Source: an uncultured Candidatus Berkelbacteria bacterium (GTDB taxonomy: Bacteria; Patescibacteriota; UBA1384; UBA12157). Taken from it: 64,000 nt of DNA. How positions within the stretch are numbered: position 1 is the first letter of the stretch; every line of letters starts with the position of its first letter. A program made the position numbers and the translations under genes. This document shows, piece by piece, positions 9,722 to 19,939 of the stretch. Under the pieces are notes generated by a model. That model saw only the letters and a list, made by a program, of their open reading frames with translations. It did not search any database and was not told where the DNA came from. Location: positions 111-64,110 of the forward strand of contig CAIRFN010000007.1 of assembly GCA_903877885.1 (NCBI GenBank). Direction: 5' to 3'.

Positions 9722-10036
9722 ATGAACGAAAGCAAATATCAACCACCATATGATGATGAATTAATTGCCGGCACTACGACCGAAAAAAACCGAATTGAAA
9801 TTAATAGCATTCTCGCCGAAGAAGAAATTCAAAAATACGAGACCTATTTGGCTCATTTAAAAGAATCGTTTGCCAAAACAGCCAGTCCAAGAATCGGTCG
9901 GGATATTGCTAGAATTGAGGACATGCTCGCTCGGATGAAACATGACTATAAGGAACAAAAAGAAAATGTCGAGGGTTATAGAAAACAGGTTAGTTATCCC
10001 TTTAAACCAAAAGAAGAACAAAAACAAGTTGACTAA
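9722..10036 (+). CDS. Hypothetical coiled-coil protein
   Basis: 104-aa ORF with AAGGAG RBS. Confidence 0.7.
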   Translation: MNESKYQPPYDDELIAGTTTEKNRIEINSILAEEEIQKYETYLAHLKESFAKTASPRIGRDIARIEDMLARMKHDYKEQKENVEGYRKQVSYPFKPKEEQKQVD

Positions 10037-10065
10037 TTACAGGTTTCAACCTAGAATAGAGACAT

Positions 10066-11148
10066 ATGCAAAATAATAACTACATTGTCATAATGGCAGG
10101 TGGATCTGGGACCAGGCTTTGGCCGGTGTCTCGAGCTAATTTACCCAAACAATTTCACAAGTTCTCGGACAATGAAAAATCGTTAATTCAAGAAACATAT
10201 GACAGGGTTAAGGATTTGGTGCCGCGCGAGAATATTTATGTTTCGCTAGTTAGCAATATTTTCAAAACCACTCGCGAACAATTACCAGATATTCCGGAAC
10301 ACAATTTTATTATCGAGCCAGAAGGCAAAAACACAGCGCCGGCGATTGGACTGATCGCTAGTTTAATCGAGCACGAAAATCCCGAAGCGATTGTTGCTAC
10401 TGTAGCATCAGATCATACGGTTGAAGATGTAGAACAATTTCAAAAAGTTCTAAAACAGGCTTTCAAATTCGTTAAAGACCGTCCAGGGTATTTAGTCACC
10501 GTTGGTATTAAACCGACCGAGCCAAATACTGGTTATGGCTATATTAAACTTGGCCGTAAGTTTCCTAATGAAGAAGTCCATGAAGTCGAAAAGTTTGTGG
10601 AAAAACCAAATTTAGCGACCGCCAAACAATATGTTGATTCCGGCGAATATCTTTGGAACGCCAGCTATTTTATTTGGAAAGCTAGCCAAATGATTGCCAA
10701 TTTCGTTAAACACGCACCACATATTCACTCTCATTTAAGCTCAATTTACAAAGCGGTTAATACCAAAAACTATCAAGAAACTTTGGAAAAAGAATATGCT
10801 AAGTTTTTGAAAGAACCAATTGATACGGCTATTATTGAAAAATTAACCAAAGTCGCAGTTATTCCGGCCGATTTAGGTTGGTCCGATGTTGGCACCTGGT
10901 CCAGCTTGTACGAGTTGCTAAGCAAAAATACTGGTGAAACCAATGTTACGCGCGGTCATCACATTGGGGTTGACGACAAGAACTGTTTAATTTATGCTCA
11001 AGATAAGTTATTGGCTACGGTTGGGTTAGAAAATATCATCATAGTAGACACACCAGATGTGACTTTAGTCTGCGATAAGAGCAAAACCCAAGAAATCAAA
11101 GCCTTAATGGAAAAATTAAAAGAACAAGGTCAAGAAAAATATTTGTAG
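10066..11148 (+). CDS. manC: Mannose-1-phosphate guanylyltransferase
   Basis: MAGGSGTRLWP.SR...PKQF, EPEGKNTAPA, TGYGYI, FVEKP, WSDVGTW. Confidence 0.93.
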   Translation: MQNNNYIVIMAGGSGTRLWPVSRANLPKQFHKFSDNEKSLIQETYDRVKDLVPRENIYVSLVSNIFKTTREQLPDIPEHNFIIEPEGKNTAPAIGLIASLIEHENPEAIVATVASDHTVEDVEQFQKVLKQAFKFVKDRPGYLVTVGIKPTEPNTGYGYIKLGRKFPNEEVHEVEKFVEKPNLATAKQYVDSGEYLWNASYFIWKASQMIANFVKHAPHIHSHLSSIYKAVNTKNYQETLEKEYAKFLKEPIDTAIIEKLTKVAVIPADLGWSDVGTWSSLYELLSKNTGETNVTRGHHIGVDDKNCLIYAQDKLLATVGLENIIIVDTPDVTLVCDKSKTQEIKALMEKLKEQGQEKYL

Positions 11149-11166
11149 AATACAAAGGAGCTCATT

Positions 11167-12486
11167 TTGCGACGAAATCTCTGGATAATTTTAGGTGTAA
11201 TTTTATTAATCGCCATTGGCGCTGGTTTTATGGATTGGCCAACCGGACCAAACATTTCCATTGGTAAGTTTTACAAGGAAATTAAGGTCCATGAAGGTTT
11301 GGATTTACAAGGTGGGACCCATTTAGTTTATGAACTTGACACTTCCAAAATCGACCAAAAAAATCTCCAATCCGCCAGTCAGTCTGTGGTCAATGTGATT
11401 GATCGCCGTATCAACGGTCTTGGCGTTTCCGAACCAGTGATTCAAACTGCCAAAATCGGCGACAAACAAACCGTTATTATTGAACTACCTGGCATTTCCG
11501 ATATTAATGAAGCCACTAACTTGATTGGTAAAACCGCCCAATTAAAATTCAAGGAATTAGATACGACAGCCCAGCCGACAAAAAATGCCGATGGCTCAAC
11601 TACTATTAGCGGTGGTCAAAATGTTGGCACAACTTGGAAAGATACGGAATTAACCGGCGCCAATTTACAAAGCGCAACGGTTGATTTTAGTAAAGATAAT
11701 GGCGAGCCAGAAGTGGCGATTCAGTTTAATAATGATGGCGCCAAAATTTTCTCGGCTCTAACGCAAAAGAATTTACAAAAACCGATTGCCATTGAACTTG
11801 ATGGCGAAATTATTTCCGCCCCAACTGTGCAAACTCAAATCGATAACGGTCAAGCGGTCATCACTGGTAAATTTACTATTCAAGAAGCTAAGAAATTAGC
11901 TTTAGAGCTTAACGCTGGCGCACTGCCAGTGCCAATTAAATTGATTGAGCAACAAAATATCGGCGCAACCTTAGGGACCGAATCAGTCAAAAAGAGTTTG
12001 GTTGCCGGCTTAATTGGACTTTTGCTTGTCGCTGTCTTTATGATTGTTTATTACCGTCTACCAGGCGCTCTCGCCGTCGTGGCTTTGTTTATTTACACTT
12101 TGGTAACATTGGCTTTATTTAAACTTATTCCAGTTACTTTAACCCTGGCTGGCATTGCCGGTTTCATTCTTTCTGTTGGTATGGCCGTGGATGCTAACAT
12201 CTTAATTTTTGAACGCGTCAAAGAAGAATTAAATATAGGCAAGTCTATGGGGTTAGCGATTGAAGAAGGTTTTAAACGCGCTTGGAGTTCCATTCGCGAT
12301 TCCAACATTTCATCGCTTATCACTGCCGGCATTTTGTATTATGGCACTACCGGCGTGGTTCGCGGCTTTGCTGTCACTTTGGCTTTGGGTATTTTCATTT
12401 CACTCTTTACCGCCATTACTGTCACCCGAACATTCTTACGATTGTTTGTCGGCACCAGCTTAGAGAAATATTTAACTGTTAAATAG
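11167..12486 (+). CDS. secD: Protein translocase subunit SecD
   Basis: GLDLQGG, RRINGLGVSEP, GALPVP, GMAVDANILIFERVKEE; TTG start with AAGGAG RBS. Confidence 0.97.
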   Translation: MRRNLWIILGVILLIAIGAGFMDWPTGPNISIGKFYKEIKVHEGLDLQGGTHLVYELDTSKIDQKNLQSASQSVVNVIDRRINGLGVSEPVIQTAKIGDKQTVIIELPGISDINEATNLIGKTAQLKFKELDTTAQPTKNADGSTTISGGQNVGTTWKDTELTGANLQSATVDFSKDNGEPEVAIQFNNDGAKIFSALTQKNLQKPIAIELDGEIISAPTVQTQIDNGQAVITGKFTIQEAKKLALELNAGALPVPIKLIEQQNIGATLGTESVKKSLVAGLIGLLLVAVFMIVYYRLPGALAVVALFIYTLVTLALFKLIPVTLTLAGIAGFILSVGMAVDANILIFERVKEELNIGKSMGLAIEEGFKRAWSSIRDSNISSLITAGILYYGTTGVVRGFAVTLALGIFISLFTAITVTRTFLRLFVGTSLEKYLTVK

Positions 12487-12498
12487 GAGTCCATCATT

Positions 12499-13404
12499 AT
12501 GAACATTATTGGTTACAGAAAAATTTGGTATACAATTAGCGGCATTTTAATTATTCCTGGCATTATCGCTCTCTTTGTATGGGGTTTAAAACCCGGGATC
12601 GATTTTAAAGGTGGCACCATTATTGAAACAAAGTTTAGTCAAAATACTTCAGTTGACCAGGTTAAAAATGGCTTAGGGGAGTTACAACTTAAAAATCTAA
12701 CCGTGCAAACAACTTCGCCAAATACTTTTTTTATCCGAACTGAACCAATTACGCAAGATCAACACTCAAAAATTGGTGAGAGCCTTATAAAAGTAGGGGA
12801 GAACCAAGAATTAAGTTATCAAACTGTTGGTCCAACTGTCAGTAATGATTTGAAGACAAAGGCGGTTGTGGCTGTTATTTTAGCTAGTTTTGCCATTATT
12901 TTTTATGTCGCATTTGCTTTTCGTCAAGTCCCCCGTCCAGCCAGTTCTTGGAAATTTGGGGTAGCGGCAGTGCTCGCTTTAATCCATGATTTAGCTTTTG
13001 TCACTGGTATATGGGCGATTCTAGGCCATTTTCTTGGTTATGAAATCGATTCCTTGTTTATAACCGGTTTACTTACGATTATGGGTTTCTCGGTTCACGA
13101 TACCATCGTTGTCTTTGATCGTATCCGAGAAAACCTGCGTAAACATCCGTCATTGGGCTTTGAAGAAAATGTGAATAATAGTATTATCCAAACCATCAAT
13201 CGGTCACTTAATACGTCTTTGACCGTTCTAATCGTTTTGGCGGCCTTGTATTTCCTTGGCGGTGCTTCGCTTAAGCATTTTGTCTTATTACTCTTAATCG
13301 GCATTACCATTGGCACATATTCATCGATATTTAATGCTTCGCCGATCTTAGTCAGTTGGCAAGGATGGGCCATGAACCGTCTTAATAAAAAGACTGCGGC
13401 CTAG
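12499..13404 (+). CDS. secF: Protein translocase subunit SecF
   Basis: GIDFKGG, VGPTVS, GFSVHDTIVVFDRIRE, GTYSSIF. Confidence 0.97.
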   Translation: MNIIGYRKIWYTISGILIIPGIIALFVWGLKPGIDFKGGTIIETKFSQNTSVDQVKNGLGELQLKNLTVQTTSPNTFFIRTEPITQDQHSKIGESLIKVGENQELSYQTVGPTVSNDLKTKAVVAVILASFAIIFYVAFAFRQVPRPASSWKFGVAAVLALIHDLAFVTGIWAILGHFLGYEIDSLFITGLLTIMGFSVHDTIVVFDRIRENLRKHPSLGFEENVNNSIIQTINRSLNTSLTVLIVLAALYFLGGASLKHFVLLLLIGITIGTYSSIFNASPILVSWQGWAMNRLNKKTAA

Positions 13405-13441
13405 GCCCGTGTAGAGCCTTATTTAACAGGTTCAAAGTCTA

Positions 13442-13509
13442 ACTAAAAATACGATCGTAAGCCAAGTAAACGTCTGCAAATCTACTTAACTCACGATCGT
13501 ATTTTTAGT
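13442..13509. repeat. Long inverted repeat (17-bp arms)
   Basis: ACTAAAAATACGATCGT ... ACGATCGTATTTTTAGT. Confidence 0.85.
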
Positions 13510-13723
13510 AAAATAACTACTATTATATAGTATATATAGTAGTGGAGACAGGTGAGAGTCAGGTTGAAAAACAGCACTACAGGCTGACTAGTTAGCTCCT
13601 GGTATAAAAAGATAATAGGTTAGTTGATATGATTTTACCTGTTATTCGTCAAAATGATGTAAATAATGCGTCTGAAAATAAACCTTTTGCGACGCAACAA
13701 TAGTATCAGATATAAAGATCTAT

Positions 13724-13751
13724 AAAAACACTTTTATTTAAGAGTGTTTTT
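13724..13751. terminator. Bidirectional intrinsic terminator-like hairpin
   Basis: AAAAACACTTTT-ATTT-AAGAGTGTTTTT between convergent genes. Confidence 0.55.
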
Positions 13752-13890
13752 GATTAAATAAAGGATTTCAAATTTTGTTAAATTACTCTATTTTGCAATG
13801 TTTAGCGCCCGACATTAAAATAAAACTACTTTTGAAAAAGTGCGAAAAATTCGAAATTCGCCTCTCTCGCCCTCTCCCCCAGTCTATTTC

Positions 13891-13924
13891 CAAAAATAAC
13901 AGGTTTGTGAACCTGTTATTTTTG
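13891..13924. repeat. Inverted repeat / terminator
   Basis: CAAAAATAACAGGTT-TGTG-AACCTGTTATTTTTG. Confidence 0.75.
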
Positions 13925-13996
13925 CGGAAAACTAGAAAACAACATGTCGCTAGACTGTTATTTTTTACTCAATCACCTATTTGTGTCTATATCATC

Positions 13997-16822
13997 TTAA
14001 ATTTTAACCGATTTACCCTCTTCTAAAGGCTCTGCATTACTATTTGCTAGGCTTTTCATAATAATAGCTTTATCTTCTTCAATCTCTGAATTGATTGGCT
14101 TAAGCACTACTGGAGCTATAACAGCTGGCTCTTCGGTAGAAGTTTCTGGCTCTAATGCCGCCAGACGATCCTTTTGCCATTGTTCCATTTTATCATCAAA
14201 AACTTCCGCTTTTTCTTCAGTTTTTTGAATTTTTTCTTGGACCGTTTCTTCAGTTAAAGGTTGATCTTCGGTGCCACCGCCCAAGTACCAACGAACATCG
14301 CCGGGGTTTTGGACTTCGCGGTAATAGGTCTCCCCTATTTTTGGTGGGATTTTCACCACTAACTTCTTTTGCTGTTTAGTCATAATCTCTTCAATTTTTG
14401 GTAAATCCGCAATTTGACCAATTTGGGCTTCAACATATTCCCGATTCTTACTGTAAGTTTTCCGGGAAAACTCAATGATTTTTTCCACATTATTAAACTT
14501 AGTGGCGCTTCGCGGTAAGGTCTTGGCAGAAAACGCCGGGCTCGTCACACTATCAATGGACATCTTCACATAGACATGATAGTTATCGAGGTTAATTAAA
14601 TCATTGGCTTCGAAAATCGGCATAAACTCTGATTGTAGAAAATCCGCATCCGGTGAGCCAACGCGGAAAGTAATAATGGTCCCAACGTTACCGATAACCG
14701 CATCGCGGACCGGTTCAATCATTTGGGCCACATATTGATGAGCCATAATTAAGTTCAAATGATATTTGCGAGCTTCAGACAAAATAGTGGCAAACGATTC
14801 GGTCGCAAAGTTTTGAAACTCATCAACATAGAGATAGAAATCGCGACGATCTTCTTCTTTGATGCTGGCGCGGCGCATCGCAGTTAACTGAATTTTGGTA
14901 ATCATAAGAGAACCAAGCAAGGCCGAAGCATCTTCACCAATCTCACCAGTAGAAAGATTGACCAAGAAGATTTTGCCCGTATTCATAATTTCTTCAATAT
15001 TGATGGTCGACTTTGGCTGGCCAATAATATTACGAATCGTGGAGCTGGAAAGAAACTGACCAACTTTGTTTTGAATTGGAGCAATGGCTTCAGTTCGAAA
15101 CTTTGGATCGTATTGCTCATATTCGTTGACAAAGAAATCTTTAATCACCGGATCGGTAATTTGGGTGACGACTTTGTCGCGATAGGATTTATCAACCAGA
15201 AGTCTGGTTACGCCGAGCATAGTGGAATTTGGCACATCCAAGAGCGCCAGGACCGTGTTACGCAAAATGTATTCCAGTCTTGGACCCCAACTTTCACCAA
15301 AGATTTTTTTGAAAATACCGACGACACCAGAGGCGATAATGTTTTTCAAATCTGGATCAACGTTTTCCAATGGATTAAAAGCCACCGGATAGTTTCGATC
15401 GGCTGGCGAGAAAATAACCACATCTTTAATTCGCTCTTCGGGAATATATTCAATAATATGATTAATCAAATCACCATGAGGATCGACCACGGCAATACCA
15501 CGACCTTCGCGAATATCATCAATGGCCATATTTTCCAGCAAAGTTGATTTACCGGTCCCAGTCTTACCAATGACATACATATGATAGCGGCGATCCGGGA
15601 TCTTAATCCCAAATTTGTGTTTCAAATGCCTGAAGTCGGTTTGACCAAAAATCGTTAAATCTTGCGGGTCCACATTTTCTTCAATTGGCAAGTTCGCTGG
15701 CGGTTCGCCTTTTTTACTTCCGGCCCAAACAATGTTTGGCGTGGCGACGGTAATACTCGGTAAATGGTAAATGCTAGCTAATTCTTCGGTATTTAGAACA
15801 TAGCCTTCATCGATAAACAAACGGTGAGCATAATCAGCCCAGGCCGTCGGAGAGGTGTTAAGCGAACCGGATTTAAAACCATTCATATTTAAAAGATTAA
15901 ATTGTTTAAAAGCGCTCACGATTTCGGTAATTTTAGCTCTAGCTGTATTTTCATTGGGCGCGACTGATAATAAACGGATTTTGGTCCCGAAGCCCAATTT
16001 AGTCACTTTGGTTTCAATGCCTTTAAGTCCTGCCTCTTCAGTCCCGGACAGTTTAGTTTCTTCAGCCTTAACTCCACGAGCCGATTCTGGTGTAGTGCCA
16101 GTCATAATTGTGGTAAAAATCGCCGAGAGACTTCTGGCGACAGTACCCCAGAAAATCTCACTTAGATTTTTGCCTTTGACAGTGCCAGACTTAACCGCTT
16201 TAATATGTTTCATGCCCTTGGATTGCCAATCATCAGGCACAGGTTTAACCATAATTTGCATCCAGATTTGTTCATCACGTTCGATTTTTGATAAGACACT
16301 AGTAATAGCAGACAAAGGATCGACTTCAAAATTTAAGAAGGATTTAATCGGAAAAACATCGTTATTGGTTAAACTAATTTCGGTCCCAGCAACTTTGGCG
16401 CTACCAGAATTAACATGTTCAGCTTCTTCTAGAGTGTAGTCATCGACTTCGTTAATTTCCGCAGTCGGATATTGGGCATAGATCTGACCGGTGACAAAAT
16501 CTTTTAAATGAGTTGGAGTGCAAACATAGAAATAGATGTATTTATCACGCGCCGCAATTTCAAAACTAATATATTCTTGATAAGGATTTTCTGCTCGGTA
16601 AATACCATGAATAGCCGAAAACATTTGTTCGGCAGCTAATGGTGTTTTTTCATTGTTTTTTGGGACCAGAATTCTAAGGACAACAAAACGTATTTTCGAA
16701 AACCATTCGATTTTCTGGTTTTGTTGGCGATTCTTGATGATTTTAGAAATAATCAGCATTGGCATCAAAATAACTCCGAGTAGAATTAAGCCTTTAATAA
16801 ATAGTGGTAATAATGTTTGCAT
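13997..16822 (-). CDS. Membrane-anchored VirD4/TraG/HerA-like P-loop ATPase (CPR type)
   Basis: GKTGTGKS Walker A, VVDPHGD, LYVDEFQNF Walker B, LSEARKY. Confidence 0.9.
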   Translation of the reverse strand: MQTLLPLFIKGLILLGVILMPMLIISKIIKNRQQNQKIEWFSKIRFVVLRILVPKNNEKTPLAAEQMFSAIHGIYRAENPYQEYISFEIAARDKYIYFYVCTPTHLKDFVTGQIYAQYPTAEINEVDDYTLEEAEHVNSGSAKVAGTEISLTNNDVFPIKSFLNFEVDPLSAITSVLSKIERDEQIWMQIMVKPVPDDWQSKGMKHIKAVKSGTVKGKNLSEIFWGTVARSLSAIFTTIMTGTTPESARGVKAEETKLSGTEEAGLKGIETKVTKLGFGTKIRLLSVAPNENTARAKITEIVSAFKQFNLLNMNGFKSGSLNTSPTAWADYAHRLFIDEGYVLNTEELASIYHLPSITVATPNIVWAGSKKGEPPANLPIEENVDPQDLTIFGQTDFRHLKHKFGIKIPDRRYHMYVIGKTGTGKSTLLENMAIDDIREGRGIAVVDPHGDLINHIIEYIPEERIKDVVIFSPADRNYPVAFNPLENVDPDLKNIIASGVVGIFKKIFGESWGPRLEYILRNTVLALLDVPNSTMLGVTRLLVDKSYRDKVVTQITDPVIKDFFVNEYEQYDPKFRTEAIAPIQNKVGQFLSSSTIRNIIGQPKSTINIEEIMNTGKIFLVNLSTGEIGEDASALLGSLMITKIQLTAMRRASIKEEDRRDFYLYVDEFQNFATESFATILSEARKYHLNLIMAHQYVAQMIEPVRDAVIGNVGTIITFRVGSPDADFLQSEFMPIFEANDLINLDNYHVYVKMSIDSVTSPAFSAKTLPRSATKFNNVEKIIEFSRKTYSKNREYVEAQIGQIADLPKIEEIMTKQQKKLVVKIPPKIGETYYREVQNPGDVRWYLGGGTEDQPLTEETVQEKIQKTEEKAEVFDDKMEQWQKDRLAALEPETSTEEPAVIAPVVLKPINSEIEEDKAIIMKSLANSNAEPLEEGKSVKI

Positions 16823-16834
16823 AAGTTATTTTCT

Positions 16835-17347
16835 TTACTTTTTTTCAACTAAATTTTCGATGGCTGCCCAATCGCATTCACCAACTTTTGGTACCACAGC
16901 GGTAACTTTGTCGCCAGCTTTGGCTTTGAAATATGTGACTGATGATTGCAGACATTGATACTTTTTGTTATCACAAGTAACATGCCAGCGTTCACTAGTT
17001 TTTTGCAATTTGCCCATCACACGTTTGCGTTCGACTGGTCCAATTTGTTTAAAGATAAAAGAGCCGTCGGGACTGATGGTTAGTTTCATTTTGTCGCCAG
17101 CCACCAATTTTGATTTGGACGCATAGTTAGCGGGCACAGAATGCTTGGTCCCATCTTTATCAATCATTTCTTCGCCATCAAACACACCTTCGATAATCGT
17201 TAACGGTCCGGTGGTAATCATTTCTAAATTCTCGGCTTCTTCTTGATAAACTTGCTCAAACATAATCCGACGCACCGATCGAACTTTTTCTTCAATTTCT
17301 TCTAATAGTTTTCTAAGTTGTGTAAATTTTTTACCATCTTGATCCAT
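16835..17347 (-). CDS. Conserved hypothetical protein (CPR-type family)
   Basis: IIEGVFDGEEM...VPANYASKSKLV.GD.MKL.I..DG.FIFKQIGPVERK...WAAIEN. Confidence 0.75.
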   Translation of the reverse strand: MDQDGKKFTQLRKLLEEIEEKVRSVRRIMFEQVYQEEAENLEMITTGPLTIIEGVFDGEEMIDKDGTKHSVPANYASKSKLVAGDKMKLTISPDGSFIFKQIGPVERKRVMGKLQKTSERWHVTCDNKKYQCLQSSVTYFKAKAGDKVTAVVPKVGECDWAAIENLVEKK

Positions 17348-17383
17348 AGTATCCTCATTTTTGTTTTTGTATTTTAAAGTATC

Positions 17384-19900
17384 CTACAAATTGTTTAGTG
17401 GTCCATTTGCTCCAGCTGGTGGAGTAACTGGCGGTTGAGCTGCGAAACTTTCGGCCATAATTTGATTTATTTCGGCTACCGGTCGGCAATAATTTTGGCG
17501 CGACAGGTTCCTCACTTGCTCACGAACTTCCGGATTTGAAGGAACACCGCTTTTAATTCCTTTCATACTAAACGGCTTGGTCGGCGTACCATCAACCAGT
17601 AGTTTAGTATAAGTGTTAAATTTATCTAAATTGGTCATATCGTCAACTGACAGCCCCGGAAATTCCTTGACCATGAACTCGGCGTCAGCCGCACCAATGC
17701 GATAGCAAATCATGGTGCCAGCGTTACCGACGACCGCATCACGAATCTTTTCGGTTAGTTGAGCAATATATTGGTTGGTAATATTTAAGCTTAGTCGATA
17801 TTTGCGCGCTTCAGACAAAATAGTGGCAAAACTGTCGGTGGCAAAGTTTTGAAACTCATCAACATAGAGATAGAAATCCTTGCGGGTTTCCTCTGGCATA
17901 TCGGCGCGGGAGAAGGCGGCCATTTGGATTTTATTAACAATAATCAAACCCAAAAGGCTCATATTGACTTCGCCGATTTTACCTTTACTTAAGTTTACCA
18001 ATAAAATTTTGCCTTCATCCATAATCTGGCGAAAATCAAAAGCCGATTTTTTCTGACCGATAATATTGCGCATCATATCGTTGGTCATAAAACGACCAAA
18101 TTTAGATGTAAAATAATTTAACATTTCCGATTTATGAAAATCAGCGGTTTTAGCCATTTGCTGATCCCAGAAACCCTTGACCACCGGGTCGGTGACATAG
18201 GACACGACTTTTGTTTTGAAAGCATCATCGGTAAAAATACGCGGAATATCGATTAAGGTACCGCCGCCTGGTTGAGCCATAATAGTTAGTGCCGCATTTC
18301 GAAACCAATGTTCAAATTGCGGTCCGACCATACCGGTACGATTCGGGTCAAATAATTTATAGAAAATCTCGATCACTTCTTGAATTAAAAAGTCACGATC
18401 TTCCGCATTTTTAAATTCCATCATGTTAAGACCAGCCGGCCATTCGGTATCCGAGGGGTCAAATAGAATAACATCTTTCATTCGTTCCGGTGGAATTTTA
18501 CCAAGCAAATCTTCGATGGCGTCGCCCAATGGATCAATATAACAACAACCGTGACCGGCCAGAATATCTTGCTCAATCATATTGGTAAACAAAGTGGTTT
18601 TACCCACACCGGTTTTACCAATCATGAAAATGTGGCGGCGGCGGTCATCAGGCTTAATTTTAATAAAAGTTTCTTGGTCCCGATAAACCGACAAGCCCAT
18701 GGTTGTGCCTTCGGTTGGCACATTGGCTGGCGGCGCCATTTCTTTAGCCAAGAGCCAGCGAATGTTTGGGGTTTCAATGTTTTGGTTGGGAAAGTGATAT
18801 AAAGTCGCCAATTCTTCGGTATTTAGGATAAAGCTCTTTTTACCTCGAAGAAAGCGTCGCAAAATGTATTCTTTGGCTGTAGTAGCATCGCCAGATTTGA
18901 TTTTAAAACCATTAAGTTCCGGTGTACCCAAAACCGCAAAAGCCGAAGCCATATTTTGCAAATTAGTGCTCGCCGACATTTTATCGGTGGCCACACTCAC
19001 TAAGCGCAAAGTTGTCTTAAAACCGTTTTTAGAAACCTTTTCATTGAGAGCCTTCATCAAACCATCTTGAATCGGGGTCATTGGTTTGTAAGTATTTTTA
19101 TCCATGCCTGGCGGTTTGTTGGCAATGGAATCGGTCCCGGAATGGACCGCACTGGAAAAACTATCAAAAAACCAATGAATCGCTTTAATATACCATTTGT
19201 CGATTAAAACCGAGGTCTTACCTTCCTGAACTTTTTTAATCGCGGTAATGGCCGGAATGCGCCAGTTCTCACCGGCTGGTCGAATAATCATTTGGAATGC
19301 GGCATTAGCACCTTCGCCCAATTTACTCATGGTGTTAGTAATACTATTTAAAGGATCACTTTCGAGCGCGGCATAGGTTTTGATCGGCAAAATAAATCTT
19401 TTAGTTAATTTCATCGTAGCGGTGGCGAAATCACCGGTTTGAACTTGGCCATCAGCATTTTTAAGTTCAAAAATATTTGGGGTTCGCACTGACACTAAAT
19501 TGGCAGTTGGATATTGCGATTGGATTTGTTTAGAGACCATTTCCTCAATCATTTTGGGACAAGAAACATAGAAAGAAATCAAATTGTCCTTGGCCACAAT
19601 TTCAAAGGAAATTTGTTCTTGTTCCTGAATGATTTGATTAGTGATGTCCGATGAGTACAAGCTGGCAAAAGACGAAAACATTTGCTCAGCCACAGAAATA
19701 AGTTGTTTAAAATCTTTTGGCGCTTCCTTGTCGCTAACATGATGAAGTTCTTTAGGTAGAGTCACCAAGAAAACCCGAGTATTTAAAACCCGTTGAATTT
19801 CCAAGTTTTTGCGATGATTCTCGACCAGCCAATAAATAAAATAAGCTAGGCCGAAAATTGCGACAACTATCAGCCAAAAAATGATAAAATTAAATTCCAT
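17384..19900 (-). CDS. Second membrane-anchored VirD4/TraG/HerA-like ATPase (paralog)
   Basis: GKTGVGKT, YIDPLGD, LYVDEFQNF, LSEARKY. Confidence 0.9.
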   Translation of the reverse strand: MEFNFIIFWLIVVAIFGLAYFIYWLVENHRKNLEIQRVLNTRVFLVTLPKELHHVSDKEAPKDFKQLISVAEQMFSSFASLYSSDITNQIIQEQEQISFEIVAKDNLISFYVSCPKMIEEMVSKQIQSQYPTANLVSVRTPNIFELKNADGQVQTGDFATATMKLTKRFILPIKTYAALESDPLNSITNTMSKLGEGANAAFQMIIRPAGENWRIPAITAIKKVQEGKTSVLIDKWYIKAIHWFFDSFSSAVHSGTDSIANKPPGMDKNTYKPMTPIQDGLMKALNEKVSKNGFKTTLRLVSVATDKMSASTNLQNMASAFAVLGTPELNGFKIKSGDATTAKEYILRRFLRGKKSFILNTEELATLYHFPNQNIETPNIRWLLAKEMAPPANVPTEGTTMGLSVYRDQETFIKIKPDDRRRHIFMIGKTGVGKTTLFTNMIEQDILAGHGCCYIDPLGDAIEDLLGKIPPERMKDVILFDPSDTEWPAGLNMMEFKNAEDRDFLIQEVIEIFYKLFDPNRTGMVGPQFEHWFRNAALTIMAQPGGGTLIDIPRIFTDDAFKTKVVSYVTDPVVKGFWDQQMAKTADFHKSEMLNYFTSKFGRFMTNDMMRNIIGQKKSAFDFRQIMDEGKILLVNLSKGKIGEVNMSLLGLIIVNKIQMAAFSRADMPEETRKDFYLYVDEFQNFATDSFATILSEARKYRLSLNITNQYIAQLTEKIRDAVVGNAGTMICYRIGAADAEFMVKEFPGLSVDDMTNLDKFNTYTKLLVDGTPTKPFSMKGIKSGVPSNPEVREQVRNLSRQNYCRPVAEINQIMAESFAAQPPVTPPAGANGPLNNL

Positions 19901-19939
19901 TATCCCCTGCCCTCTTTGTTTTTACAAATATTTTTTGTT

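Noticed and set aside
13775-14026. 83-aa + strand ORF
   Set aside because: TTG start without RBS, runs through inverted repeats and overlaps the convergent gene.
15855-16439. Antisense ORFs such as this 194-aa one and others inside core genes
   Set aside because: Shadow frames of well-supported genes with no recognisable motifs.
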